Below, one piece after another: positions 1 to 8,735 of a stretch of 18,239 bases of DNA (position 1 is its first letter; each line of letters opens with the position of its first letter). A program made the position numbers and the translations under genes. The notes below the pieces were generated by a model. The model ran no database searches. It was not told the DNA's origin and worked only from the letters and a program-made list of their open reading frames with translations. Source of the stretch: Octopus sinensis. Lineage: Eukaryota. The stretch spans positions 1-18,239 of the forward strand of contig NW_021824924.1 in assembly GCF_006345805.1 (NCBI RefSeq), written 5' to 3'.

Positions 1-91
1 AAGCCTTCTGGCTTCACAGACCCCAGCAGAACCGTCCAACCCATGCTAGCATGGAAAGCGGACGCTAACGATGACGATGATGATGATGATA
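1..91 (+). mobile_element. 3' end of a retroposon (SINE/LINE tail) ending in (GAT)n, truncated by the window edge
   Basis: CCATGCTAGCATGG palindrome (41-54) followed by AAAGCGGACGCTAACGATGACGATGATGATGATGAT. A short tandem-repeat tail is typical of retroposon 3' ends. Family recognised from memory of octopus repeats, not verified. Confidence 0.55.
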
Positions 92-108
92 TATGTATGT
101 ATATATAC

Positions 109-139
<31 letters not shown>

Positions 140-179
140 TACCTATCTGATATATATATATATATATACATATATCCTA

Positions 180-227
<48 letters not shown>

Positions 228-231
228 ATCT
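91..231. repeat. (AT)n microsatellite with a recurring CCTATCT interruption
   Basis: AT runs separated by CCTATCT at about 142, 176 and 225. Confidence 0.95.
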
Positions 232-298
232 TCTGTGTCTTTGTACGTGTTAGTGCATGCAATATTCCTATCTAACCTTTACGAGTGATTGAAGGATT

Positions 299-355
<57 letters not shown>
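299..355. repeat. (GATA)n tetranucleotide microsatellite
   Basis: About 14 perfect GATA units. Confidence 0.97.
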
Positions 356-356
<1 letters not shown>

Positions 357-360
357 CAGT

Positions 361-749
361 CATATGCATACATACACACACATACACACATACATACACG
401 CATACATGCACACATACATGCATTCATTCATACATGCATGCATACGTACACACAGACAGACATATGCGCATTAAAATAGATAATGCATATACAATACATA
501 TATAAAATTCATGAGTACACGCACACATACAAATACAGAGACATATGCAGACAGGCAGACAGATAGCCGGGGAAAGTGGTTCATTTAGTCAGATAGATAC
601 ACACGTGTATACATACACATATGCAAGCAAGAACATTCATACAATATGTATGTAACTATATGTTTACGTTTGTGTGTGGTGTTATAGTATATATATATAT
701 ATATATATATAATTAATTATATATATATACTATATATATATATATATAT
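361..749. repeat. Degenerate (CA)/(CATA)/(TA) low-complexity tract
   Basis: CATACA-rich runs from 361, then (TA)n at about 688-749. Confidence 0.85.
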
Positions 750-861
750 TATTTAAAAGCAGCAGAAAATTGAATTTTCTGCTGCTTTTAAATATAGCAT
801 ATTACTCTACCCCTGGTATTTGAGTACTCTTTTTCCCATTCACATTTAGTTTTACTCCGGT
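750..861. other. Short module starting with a 45-bp palindrome, embedded between (TA)n tracts
   Basis: 750-771 TATTTAAAAGCAGCAGAAAATT and 773-794 AATTTTCTGCTGCTTTTAAATA are exact reverse complements around a single G. About 65 bp of complex sequence follows, then (TA)n from about 862. Confidence 0.7.
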
Positions 862-863
862 AT

Positions 864-899
<36 letters not shown>

Positions 900-1085
900 T
901 AGGTATGCGTGCACACAAACACACATACAGATACATATATACATATATACATATACATATATATATATGTACACATACATGTGTGTACATATACAAATAT
1001 ATATACATGTAATGTATAAATACGCATATGTATGTAGGTAGGTAGGTTGGTATGTATGTATGCATGTATGTATGTAGGTAGGTAT
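862..1085. repeat. Compound (TA)/(CA)/(TATG)/(TAGG) microsatellite
   Basis: Direct inspection. Confidence 0.9.
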
Positions 1086-1510
1086 AGGGAGAAATGAGAG
1101 AAAGACAGGAAGACAACCAGGCAGATATCTAGTGAAGTAGTCACGAAAATAAAGACACAAATAAATAAATAAACAAATATGTCTACACATGCTGCACAGA
1201 TGAATTGTTGAGTAAAGGAAGTGAGAGGTCTGACTATGCATACAAAAATGTGTAAAAGTGAAAACAGACAGAATAGTTTTCAACATAGAACATCGTCCGG
1301 TTATATAATGAGGGTCATCAGGTGCATGTATCAACACAAATATCAAAGATTCTCCATTTGATGATAAACTTCTGAGAGAAACACAATATGTTCTGCTCAG
1401 TTCAAAACTTACTTGATATGTTCTACAACCGACATTTGGTTCAACATAGACGCAGAAACATAAATCTAAACCCCCTTACGAGTGTGTGTAATGTGGTGAT
1501 TGTGCACAAA

Positions 1511-1702
1511 TGTACATATATATATTATATATACAAATATACATATTATATATATATGTATATATATATATATATATATAGATATATATTATATATATAT
1601 GATATTTATATATAGATAAAGATATATATATATATACTATATCAATATATATATTATATATATATATTATATTATATATATGATATTTATATATAGATAA
1701 AG

Positions 1703-1764
<62 letters not shown>

Positions 1765-1867
1765 ATATATAGATATATATTTTGATAGATAGATAGATAG
1801 ATATAGATACATACATACATACATACATACATACATACATACATACATACATACATACATACATACA
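1511..1867. repeat. Compound (TA)n, (GATA)n, (CATA)n microsatellite with an internal 27-bp direct repeat
   Basis: TGATATTTATATATAGATAAAGATATA at 1600-1626 and 1681-1707. (CATA)n at about 1808-1867. Confidence 0.93.
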
Positions 1868-1890
1868 TGTATTCTTCCTGCTATTGTTTC

Positions 1891-2045
1891 CTTGTTTCAG
1901 TCTTTGGACTGCGGCCATACTGGGGCATTGCCTTCAACAAATCAACCCCATTTCTTATTTAAGCTCATTACTCACACCAGGTTTCGTGGACGTGAATTAA
2001 CTAACACCGGCAGTCAAGTGGTGGTGAAGGACAAACGCAAGCACA
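1891..2045 (-). mobile_element. Diverged 3' half of the dominant tRNA-derived SINE
   Basis: CTTGTTTCAGTCTTTGGACTGCGGCCATACTGGGGCA...GGACAAAC aligns by eye with the copy at 4415-4620. Confidence 0.75.
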
Positions 2046-2428
2046 AGGAAGCACCTACACGCGCGCCCACACACATACACACACACACACTCATACATAT
2101 ATGCTTTTGTGTGTATATTTATGTGTGTGCAGTGTGTATTTAAATCTCGAGTTTGTATCTTGAGCTCTATTACTCAAAACACTGCTCAGTAGGTTATAAG
2201 AGCTGAGTCAAAATTCTTTTTATTACGTAAGCTTAAGCACTGCAAAAGGGAAACACTGAAAGGTGTTTGCATCATGCAAAACAGGCACTGATCATACAAC
2301 TCATCTAGCTAAGGTCCTCCTCAAGTCTCTATTTACTTAAATAATGAATGGTAAATTCTCCGTCGTTTTCGATGATGAGTATTCACTTCTTTAACCAATT
2401 TATTCTTCACTCGTTGAATATTTCACAG

Positions 2429-2468
2429 ACCGGTGTCATCTTGAATTAATTCATCGGATCGAATCAAA
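2429..2468 (+). CDS. Candidate 40-bp internal exon (RCHLELIHRIES), phase 1 to phase 2
   Basis: Pyrimidine-rich acceptor ...TATTCTTCACTCGTTGAATATTTCACAG| and donor AAA|GTATGG. Only one frame is open. No recognisable homology. Confidence 0.15.
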
Positions 2469-2733
2469 GTATGGATCTTATATTTATAGGTACAAGACAG
2501 AGAAGGGGAGATAAAGTTGAAGAGAAGGAGAGGTCAAGGATGGTTTAGAGACTTCCTCCTTTCCATGATGTTTACATGATTATTGTTGTTGATCTTGTTT
2601 GTTATTAAGAATCTACATCAGTAGTCTTTAAGTAATCTTACGATCAAAGGCTTTCCAGCCGTGACCGTCAAGCTTTTTTCTTTTGCTTTCTCTTATCTTC
2701 TTTAGATTCTGAACTACATGGGCACCAATGTAC

Positions 2734-3011
2734 TCTTCTTCTTCTTCTTCTTCTTCTTCTTCTTCTTCTTCTTCTTCTTCTTCTTCTTCTTCTTCTTCTT
2801 CTTCTTCTTCTTCTTCTTCTCTTCTTTTTCTTCTTTTTCTTCTTTTATCTTCTTTTATCTTCTTTTTCTTCTTCTTCTTCTTCTTCTTCTTCTTCTTCTT
2901 CTTCTTCTTCTCCTTCTTCTTCTTTTTCTTCTTCTTCTTCTGCTTCTTCTGCTTCTTCTTCTTCTTCTTTTCTTCTTCTTCTTCTTCTTCTTCTTCTTCT
3001 TCTTCTTCTTC
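2734..3011. repeat. About 278-bp (CTT)n/(AAG)n trinucleotide tract
   Basis: Long perfect CTT runs with a CTTTTT-degenerate middle. It produces the poly-S/F/L ORFs in the track. Confidence 0.98.
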
Positions 3012-3135
3012 CTCATGTGACAGTAGGATGTGATTCGAAGGAGATTAGGCTATTACTTTTAGCTAGCCAAGCACATCAGATTGTTTATAAAAACAGTGAT
3101 TGACTTACCAAAGGCAACTTTTAAGATAAGAGCAG

Positions 3136-3183
3136 TAACAACAACAACAACTACAACAACTACTACTACTACTACTACTACTA
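3136..3183. repeat. (AAC)n/(ACT)n trinucleotide microsatellite
   Basis: Direct inspection. Confidence 0.92.
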
Positions 3184-3296
3184 ATACGATTACTGCTACC
3201 AGTACAAGACCAAACATTTGTATTTTCTGTGGTTTTTTGTAATTATTGGAAAGCAATCAATGAGTGATTAACTGAATTGTCTCATTTCTTGAACAG

Positions 3297-3443
3297 AGCA
3301 AAACCATTATGGTTTATGGACAGAAATGCATTTCCCAAGAGTATTGAAGATGTAATTAAAATGAAGCAGTTCTTAAGAGAATTGAAATCAGTTCGATTTG
3401 TCGAGAAGTTGTCACCACAAGAGATTACGACAACTTCCACTAC
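3297..3443 (+). CDS. Candidate 147-bp symmetric (phase 2-2) exon, AKPLWFMDRNAFPKSIEDVIKMKQFLRELKSVRFVEKLSPQEITTTST; alternatively a decayed LINE ORF2 C-terminus
   Basis: Branch-like TTAAC, acceptor TTGTCTCATTTCTTGAACAG|, donor TAC|GTGAGT, open frame, length a multiple of 3. Against: the donor lies at the start of a repeat tail (3450-3585), and the peptide loosely resembles the LINE C-terminal pattern F.R...LW....FP.S....+K. Confidence 0.3.
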
Positions 3444-3449
3444 GTGAGT

Positions 3450-3585
3450 GGTTGTCTGATCTGCTAGAAATAGCAGCCACATCACATCTCTAACTTCTTA
3501 GAACAGGACGCATTGGATATAGAGGTGGTGGGTTCCCTTGCATATAGGAAAAAGGAGAGATTGTGACGGCAGGAGTGTGTTACAC
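3450..3585 (+). mobile_element. Diverged copy of a retroposon 3' tail containing CTGCTAGAAATAGCAGCC
   Basis: The same core motif occurs at about 5510, 6527 and 13136. Downstream GGACGCATTGGATA and GATTGTGACGGCAGGA resemble 13444-13505. Confidence 0.55.
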
Positions 3586-3599
3586 TCATTTTGCTTCTC

Positions 3600-3930
3600 T
3601 GTTTCTTCTATATGTGTTGTGAATGTTGTTAGGGTCACGTATGGTGTAACCTCTGGTATTTTTATGCTGATGAGCGTGATGGCTGGTTGTACTTGCTGGT
3701 CTTTTTTTTTCTGGTGGGGAGCATTGCTGATAAAAGAAAAAGGACAGTGGTTACGGTCGGTGTTTCTTCAAGTCTGTTGTTGGATTGCCAGGTTTGTAGG
3801 TGATTTATTCAGGGTTGAAAAAACTGTGCAGCAGAGTCTAGAGGACGCTGTAGTGAAGTGGTCAATGTTGACCCTTGGGTGGGTGGCGATGTTGTGGGTT
3901 TATGTAGTTATCCATGGGTTGGGGTGGGGG
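3600..3930 (-). pseudogene. Decayed non-LTR retrotransposon RT C-terminal part
   Basis: Minus-strand frames give TTSLQRPLDSAAQFFQ, TVLF and HKNTR...DP..TFTTHIEE. These resemble the LQ..L..+..+F and ILG+T+D..LTF..HI region after the YADD motif. Several frameshifts and stops. Confidence 0.4.
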
Positions 3931-4329
3931 CGATAAATACCTGAAACGATTTTGAGCAATAAGGGTACTGTTTTATCAGCAAACTGGATCTAGTAGAGCG
4001 CCGCAATATAAGGCTAAATCTCAATAATTTTCAGCCAAATATCGATGCAATAACTAATATTCAACAAACATATTTTATATTAAATATTTCAATAATATCG
4101 ATATAACTGAATGTTTATTGTTTTTTTCTCAATTTTCATTAAATTTTCATTAAATTTCTTTAAATATTTCTTATTAAAAACCAGTGATGTCACAAGCGAA
4201 CGAAGGAATTTTTTTTTTATTAATTATACTTTTTAATTTCATTTTCGAAATTTGCATGTTGGTATTCCATTAATTGTCAACTTATTCCATGAAGGGGGCC
4301 ATGATTTAAGACGTTTGCCGACTCCTGGT

Positions 4330-5262
4330 CTTAAGTGATAGAGTTGTGAGTAGGGCTTCGTCAGTGTATGAGGTTGTCTCTGTATTTTATGGAGAATGGG
4401 GTAAATCTTGTATACTCTTTACTCTTTTACTTGTTTCAGCCATTTGACTGCGGCCATGCTGGAGCACCTCCTTTAGTCGAACAAATCGACCCCAGGACTT
4501 ATTCTTTGTAAGCCTAGTACTTATTCTATCGGTCTCTTTTGCAGAACCGCTAAGTTACGGGGACGTAAACACATCAGCATCGGTTGCCAAGCGATGTTGG
4601 GGGGACAAACACACACACGCAAACATATACACGCACACACATACACATACATACAAGCATATATATATATATATAATTATATATATATATACACATACAT
4701 ATATACAACGGGCTTCTTTCAGTTTCCGTCTACCAAATCCACTCACAAGGCTTTGGTCGACCCGAGGCTATAGTAGAAGACACTTGCCCAAGGCGCCACG
4801 CAGTGGGACTGAACCCAGAACCATGTGGTTGGTAAGCAAGCTACTTACCACACAGCCACTCCTGGTATATGTTAAAAATAAAAAGGGAGTTAGAGGCCGG
4901 ATCCCTGTGGTATTCCATTCGGAAAACTGCAAGTTCTGGAATTGTTACTATCGTCTTCAACTAGAAGCATTTTTAGTTATTCTTTAAGGTGATGTTGAGT
5001 TGTTTTTTTTTTTTTTCTTGCATGAGCGGATAATGGGAAATGAAGTGAAAAGCTTTGTTGGTGGTTCGAAGAGAGGTAGATGTGAGAGATTTATCCTTGT
5101 TGAAGCCATCTTGCATTTATTCACTGCGTTAGGCCCATTAATAGTTTGGTGTTTGAGTGCAATGATCTGATTTGGTGTTGTGCCTTGTACAGGAATATGA
5201 ATGGGTTAGGGTTGTCAAGGACCAGCATTTTTGGAAATTCTGAGTATGTTCAGAGAGAACGA
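4330..5262 (-). pseudogene. Decayed LINE reverse transcriptase fragment (clade unassigned), interrupted by a SINE at 4415-4861
   Basis: Minus-strand motifs in RT order: QHQIRSLHS (QHGFR..HS-like), DGFN, NKAFHFISH (KAFD.+.H-like), NGIPQGS (GIPQGS at 4916-4899). After removing the SINE, IQDLPHSP*NTETTSYTDE follows in the same frame (YADD-like YTDE at 4368-4357). Confidence 0.8.
4415..4861 (-). mobile_element. Full-length tRNA-derived SINE with internal (CA)/(TA) microsatellite; octopus OK/OR-type family, exact name unverified
   Basis: Minus strand begins GGAGTGGCTGTGTGGTAAG (A-box-like) and has GGTTCAGTCCC (B-box-like). A CORE-like GACCGATAGAATAAGTACT precedes the tail GGTGCTCCAGCATGGCCGCAGTCAAATGGCTGAAACAAGTAAAAGAG. 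8-bp TSD CTTGTATA (4407-4414) / CTGGTATA (4862-4869). Confidence 0.92.
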
Positions 5263-5264
5263 TC

Positions 5265-5545
5265 ACTCCGGGTACATAGATAGACAGCTGAGTGGATATA
5301 GTGCAATACGATCAGAACTGTTGTATTGCACTCCTACGATGCATAACTGCATGTCGGAGTGCACAGCATGGTCCTCAGACAAACACATTGTATAATCTAG
5401 GAAGATTGTGGTCAGTGCGTGGCGTCCCGCTTAATCATTTGACCAACAGCAACTACGACGAGTTACAAAGCGAGACAACGAGAGACCATCTGCGCACTCG
5501 CCCGACGTACTAGAAATAGCAGGTGAATCTTTTTCAACGCGAACT
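5265..5545 (+). mobile_element. Interspersed repeat ending in the CTAGAAATAGCAG tail, with internal hairpins (duplicated at about 6285-6563)
   Basis: ACTAGAAATAGCAGG at about 5509-5523 is shared with 3461 and 13136. Inverted repeats at 5300-5332 and 5327-5363. Confidence 0.55.
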
Positions 5546-5708
5546 ACAGAAATAAACAGCTAGAAAAATGACTGACAGCAAAATATTTAGCAGAATTCAC
5601 GCTGATAAGGAGTGAAAACGTAATGATAATAAGCCTACCAGCTCTATCTTCTTTCATAATTCTATCTCCTTTTTCTCTCTTCCCTCTATTCTCGCTATAT
5701 ATATATAT

Positions 5709-5878
5709 ACACATACATATATACAACGGGCTTCTTTCAGTTCGTCCCTACCAAATCCACTCACAAGGCTTTGGTCGACCCGAGGCTATAGTAGAAGAAC
5801 ACTTGCCCAGGCGCCCGCAGTGGACTGAACCAGAACCATGTGGTTGGTAAGCAAGCTACTTACCACACAGCCACTCCT
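5709..5878 (-). mobile_element. 5' half of the dominant SINE (part of duplication copy B)
   Basis: Near-identical to 4691-4863 apart from indels. Confidence 0.9.
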
Positions 5879-6280
5879 GGTATATGTTAAAAATAAAAGG
5901 GAGTTAGAGGCCGGATCCCTGTGGGTATTCATTCGGAAAACTGCAAGTTCTGGAATGTTACTATCGTCTTCAACTAGAAGCATTTTTAGTTATTCTTTAA
6001 GGTGATTTGAGTTGTTTTTTTTTCTTTTTCTTGCATGAGCGGATAATGGGAATGAAGTGAAAAGCTTTGTTGGTGGTTCGAAGAGAGGTAGATGTGAGAG
6101 ATTTATCCTTGTTGAAGCCATCTTGCATTTATTCACTGCGTTAGGCCCATTAATAGTTTGGTGTTTGAGTGCAATGATCTGATTTGGTGTTGTGCCTTGT
6201 ACAGGAATATGAATGGGTTAGGGTTGTCAAGGACCAGCATTTTTGGAAATTTCTGAGTATGTTCAGAGGAGAACGATACA
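5879..6280 (-). pseudogene. Duplicate of the LINE RT fragment (copy B)
   Basis: Collinear with 4864-5262. The GIPQGS motif is disrupted to EYPQGS by indels. Confidence 0.75.
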
Positions 6281-6745
6281 TCTGACGGGTACATAGATAG
6301 ACAGCTGAGTGGATATAGTGCAATACGATCAGAACTGTTGTATTGCACTCCTTACGATGCATAACTGCATGTCGGAGTGCACAGCATGGTCCTCAGACAA
6401 ACACATTGTATAATCTAGGAAGATTGGTCAGTGCGTGGCGTCCCGCTTAATCATTTGACCAACAGCAACTACGACGAGTTACAAAGCGAGACAACGAGAG
6501 ACCATCTGCGCACTCGCCCGACGTACTAGAAATAGCAGGTGAATCTTTTTCAACGCGAACTACAGAAATAAACAGCTAGAAAAATGACTGACAGCAAAAT
6601 ATTTAGCAGAATTCACGCTGATAAGGAGTGAAAACGTAATGATAATAAGCCTACCAGCTCTATCTTCTTTCATAATTCTATCTCCTTTTTCTCTCTTTCT
6701 CTCTATTTCTCGCTATATATATATACGAGTTACGCATATATATAT

Positions 6746-6945
6746 GGCTTGGCTGTATGGTAAGAAGTTTGCTTTCCAACCACATGGTTCTGGGTTCAGT
6801 CCCACTGTGTGGCACTTTGGGCCAGTTTTTTCTAACTTTGGGCCAACAAAAGCCTTACAGTGGATTTGGTAGACGGAAACTGAAAGAAGCCCGTCGTATA
6901 CATCTATAGTTGTGTGTGTGTGTTTGTATGTGTCTGTGTTGTCTT
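6746..6945 (+). mobile_element. 5' half of the dominant SINE, ending in its (TG) microsatellite
   Basis: TGGCTGTATGGTAAG...GGGTTCAGTCCCACTG...GGAAACTGAAAGAAGCCCGTCGTATA. Confidence 0.9.
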
Positions 6946-7224
6946 GTGTTCATCCTTTTAAGGCCGATGAAATAAACAGCAATGCAAGGTTTTAAATTGA
7001 CGATAGAATAAGAACATCAGCGTGAATACTCTGTAGCATTTGTCTCGGATCTGTTTATTCTGAGCTCAACTCCTTCCATTTGGCTGGGAAACTTAACCCG
7101 TGGCCCCATCTCACATCAGCACCCGGCACCTTGGGTGTTTTATGCGAAGTCCACTCTGTTGCAAGCATTGGAATCGGGATCCCAGTCAGAATATAACTTC
7201 GTTCTTGTATACCATTACTCGCAA

Positions 7225-7471
7225 AAACCTTTTAATGAGTCATGGACACTGCTTTACCTCCTGACTAAAAGGTTTTCAAAAATGGATAAATTACTTTTAA
7301 AATGATTCTGGTAGGTCTGTAAATATCGATTCGGTCATAATTGGTTGCAACTCAACTCCCTAGGCCAGTGGTTCAAATTGAACTGCAAACAAATCACTGG
7401 CAGGACCTGAACTCGGTCATCGATCATAATCAATGAAATGGATTACTGCTCGGGCCGTTATCCCTTGTGCC
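7225..7471 (-). mobile_element. Probable tRNA-derived SINE of a different family
   Basis: Minus strand begins GGCACAAGGGATAACGG, with a B-box-like GAGTTCAGGTCC at 7414-7403. The 3' boundary is uncertain. Confidence 0.4.
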
Positions 7472-7530
7472 ATCCTTACGAAACTGATTACGGTATCACA
7501 TTAAATTATATTAAGATAATAGTAATCATA

Positions 7531-7686
7531 CTCCTTTCTACTCAGGGCACAAGGCCTGACATTTTAGGGCAAGGAGCTGCTAGTCGATTACATCAACCCC
7601 AGTACTCAACTGGTACTTATTTCATCGACCCCGAAAAGATGAAAGGCAAAATCGACCTCGGCGAAATTCGAACGCCGTACGTAAAA
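7531..7686 (-). mobile_element. CORE-type SINE, 5'-truncated
   Basis: Minus strand GCCTTTCATCTTTTCGGGGTCGATGAAATAAGTACCAGTT matches the CORE domain and the copy at 13258-13297. Confidence 0.85.
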
Positions 7687-8594
7687 GATAATAGTAATAA
7701 TAATAATGGTGCCAAATTTCGGCAAAAAGCGAGAAATTTTAAGGAGTGGGCGTTAAGTGCATGAGAAGATATTTTAAGGATTGGAGTGAAGCAAAGTTTC
7801 ATATTAAATATATGGGTGGGCAAAAGTAGGTCTATAGCTGCTTAATATGAGTGGAATGTTCTTATCATTTCTCTATTTCTTTTCTTAGGATAAGAATTCG
7901 ATGATTCTATGTTCTTAAACGTGTTATTTCAGTCTCTCAAGTACTCAAACTGATGGTCTTAGAGAGAAATGAAAAGAACATACCGCCTATATTAAGCAAA
8001 GTATATACCTATTTTCGCCCATCCCTGAATTTGCAACGATTAATGAAAATCGTTGATTAGTTATCATTAATCGGGTTCATATATCCTCTTGCAAGAAGTA
8101 GATCAAATCTCTACACGATCCTCCCACCCTGCATAAAAGAAAAAAAAACTATTGTGCAAATTTCCGTAAATACAGTAAAAGAATTAATTTTCATATGAGT
8201 AACATTTCCTCGTGAACAGCGCAGAGGTGGTGGGGTGAGCGAACAATATTTTTAGTTTGTCTAAGAATAGAGAAACTACCTGGAATAATAAAGTATTACT
8301 GGGACGTATTGCCTGGACTTAGACCAATCCTATACCCGCCTCCACACACACATACACACATCCGTCTGTGATAATATATTCTAGCCAGCTAAGTACACCT
8401 ATCACTGATAAAGTTTATCGTGGCCTTGGGCATTTCGTCAAAATCGATATTGAATTATTTCTCTTGTTTCTTCTTGTTTTACTGCCCAAACAATTGTTTC
8501 AACTGCAATATATTATCGAATTAAAATAACGGATGTTATCTGTTTTTTATGTACTTTTGATATAAGATAATAGGAGAAAGAGAACTTTGACCTC

Positions 8595-8735
8595 TTTCTT
8601 AATCTCTCTTTCTTTCTCTCTCCCCGTCTCTCTCTCTCTCTTTCCCTCTCTCTCTTACCTCTAAAGGTACATATATATATATATATATATTTATAAATGT
8701 GTATGTGTATACACACATATATATATGTATGTATA
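8595..8735. repeat. (CT)n followed by (TA)/(TG) microsatellites
   Basis: Direct inspection. Confidence 0.9.

Larger units (their letters stand above)
4681..6720. repeat. Direct tandem duplication, period 1018 bp (copy A about 4681-5700, copy B about 5699-6720)
   Basis: ACACATACATATATACAACGGG at 4691 and 5709; CTCGCTATAT at 5691 and 6709. Collinear throughout, with junctions in (TA)n. Confidence 0.97.

Noticed and set aside
1372-1412. GTAAGT...CTCAG on minus (41 nt) and GTAACG...CGCAG at 17472-17508 (37 nt) as introns
   Set aside because: They appear too short for typical spliceosomal introns in this lineage, and there is no independent support.
93-1918. ORFs rich in IY/YI/CV/HT repeats, here and at 4555, 8513, 9713-10052, 10802-11288, 14344-14591 and 16891-17324
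   Set aside because: They are translations of (TA)n, (CA)n and (CATA)n microsatellites, which lack stop codons in some frames.
2718-3256. Poly-Phe/Leu, poly-Ser and poly-Val/Thr ORFs
   Set aside because: They come from (CTT)n and (AAC/ACT)n tracts and have no supporting gene structure.
3538-3936. 132-aa hydrophobic + strand ORF resembling a membrane protein
   Set aside because: It is best explained as the antisense shadow of an A/C-rich decayed LINE RT fragment.
4415-4861. A/B boxes suggesting tRNA genes, also at 6746, 13155 and 17595
   Set aside because: These are SINE heads. They are multi-copy, continue into SINE bodies, and show no complete cloverleaf.
4681-6720. Recurring motifs as a CRISPR-like array or functional gene duplication
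   Set aside because: There are only two long units, no repeat-spacer periodicity, a eukaryotic context, and only TE relics inside.
7890-8060. IRIR-TGA-FYVLKRV... frame after a strong acceptor, as a selenocysteine read-through
   Set aside because: No homology to any selenoprotein I recognise and no SECIS seen. A plain stop or chance is simpler.
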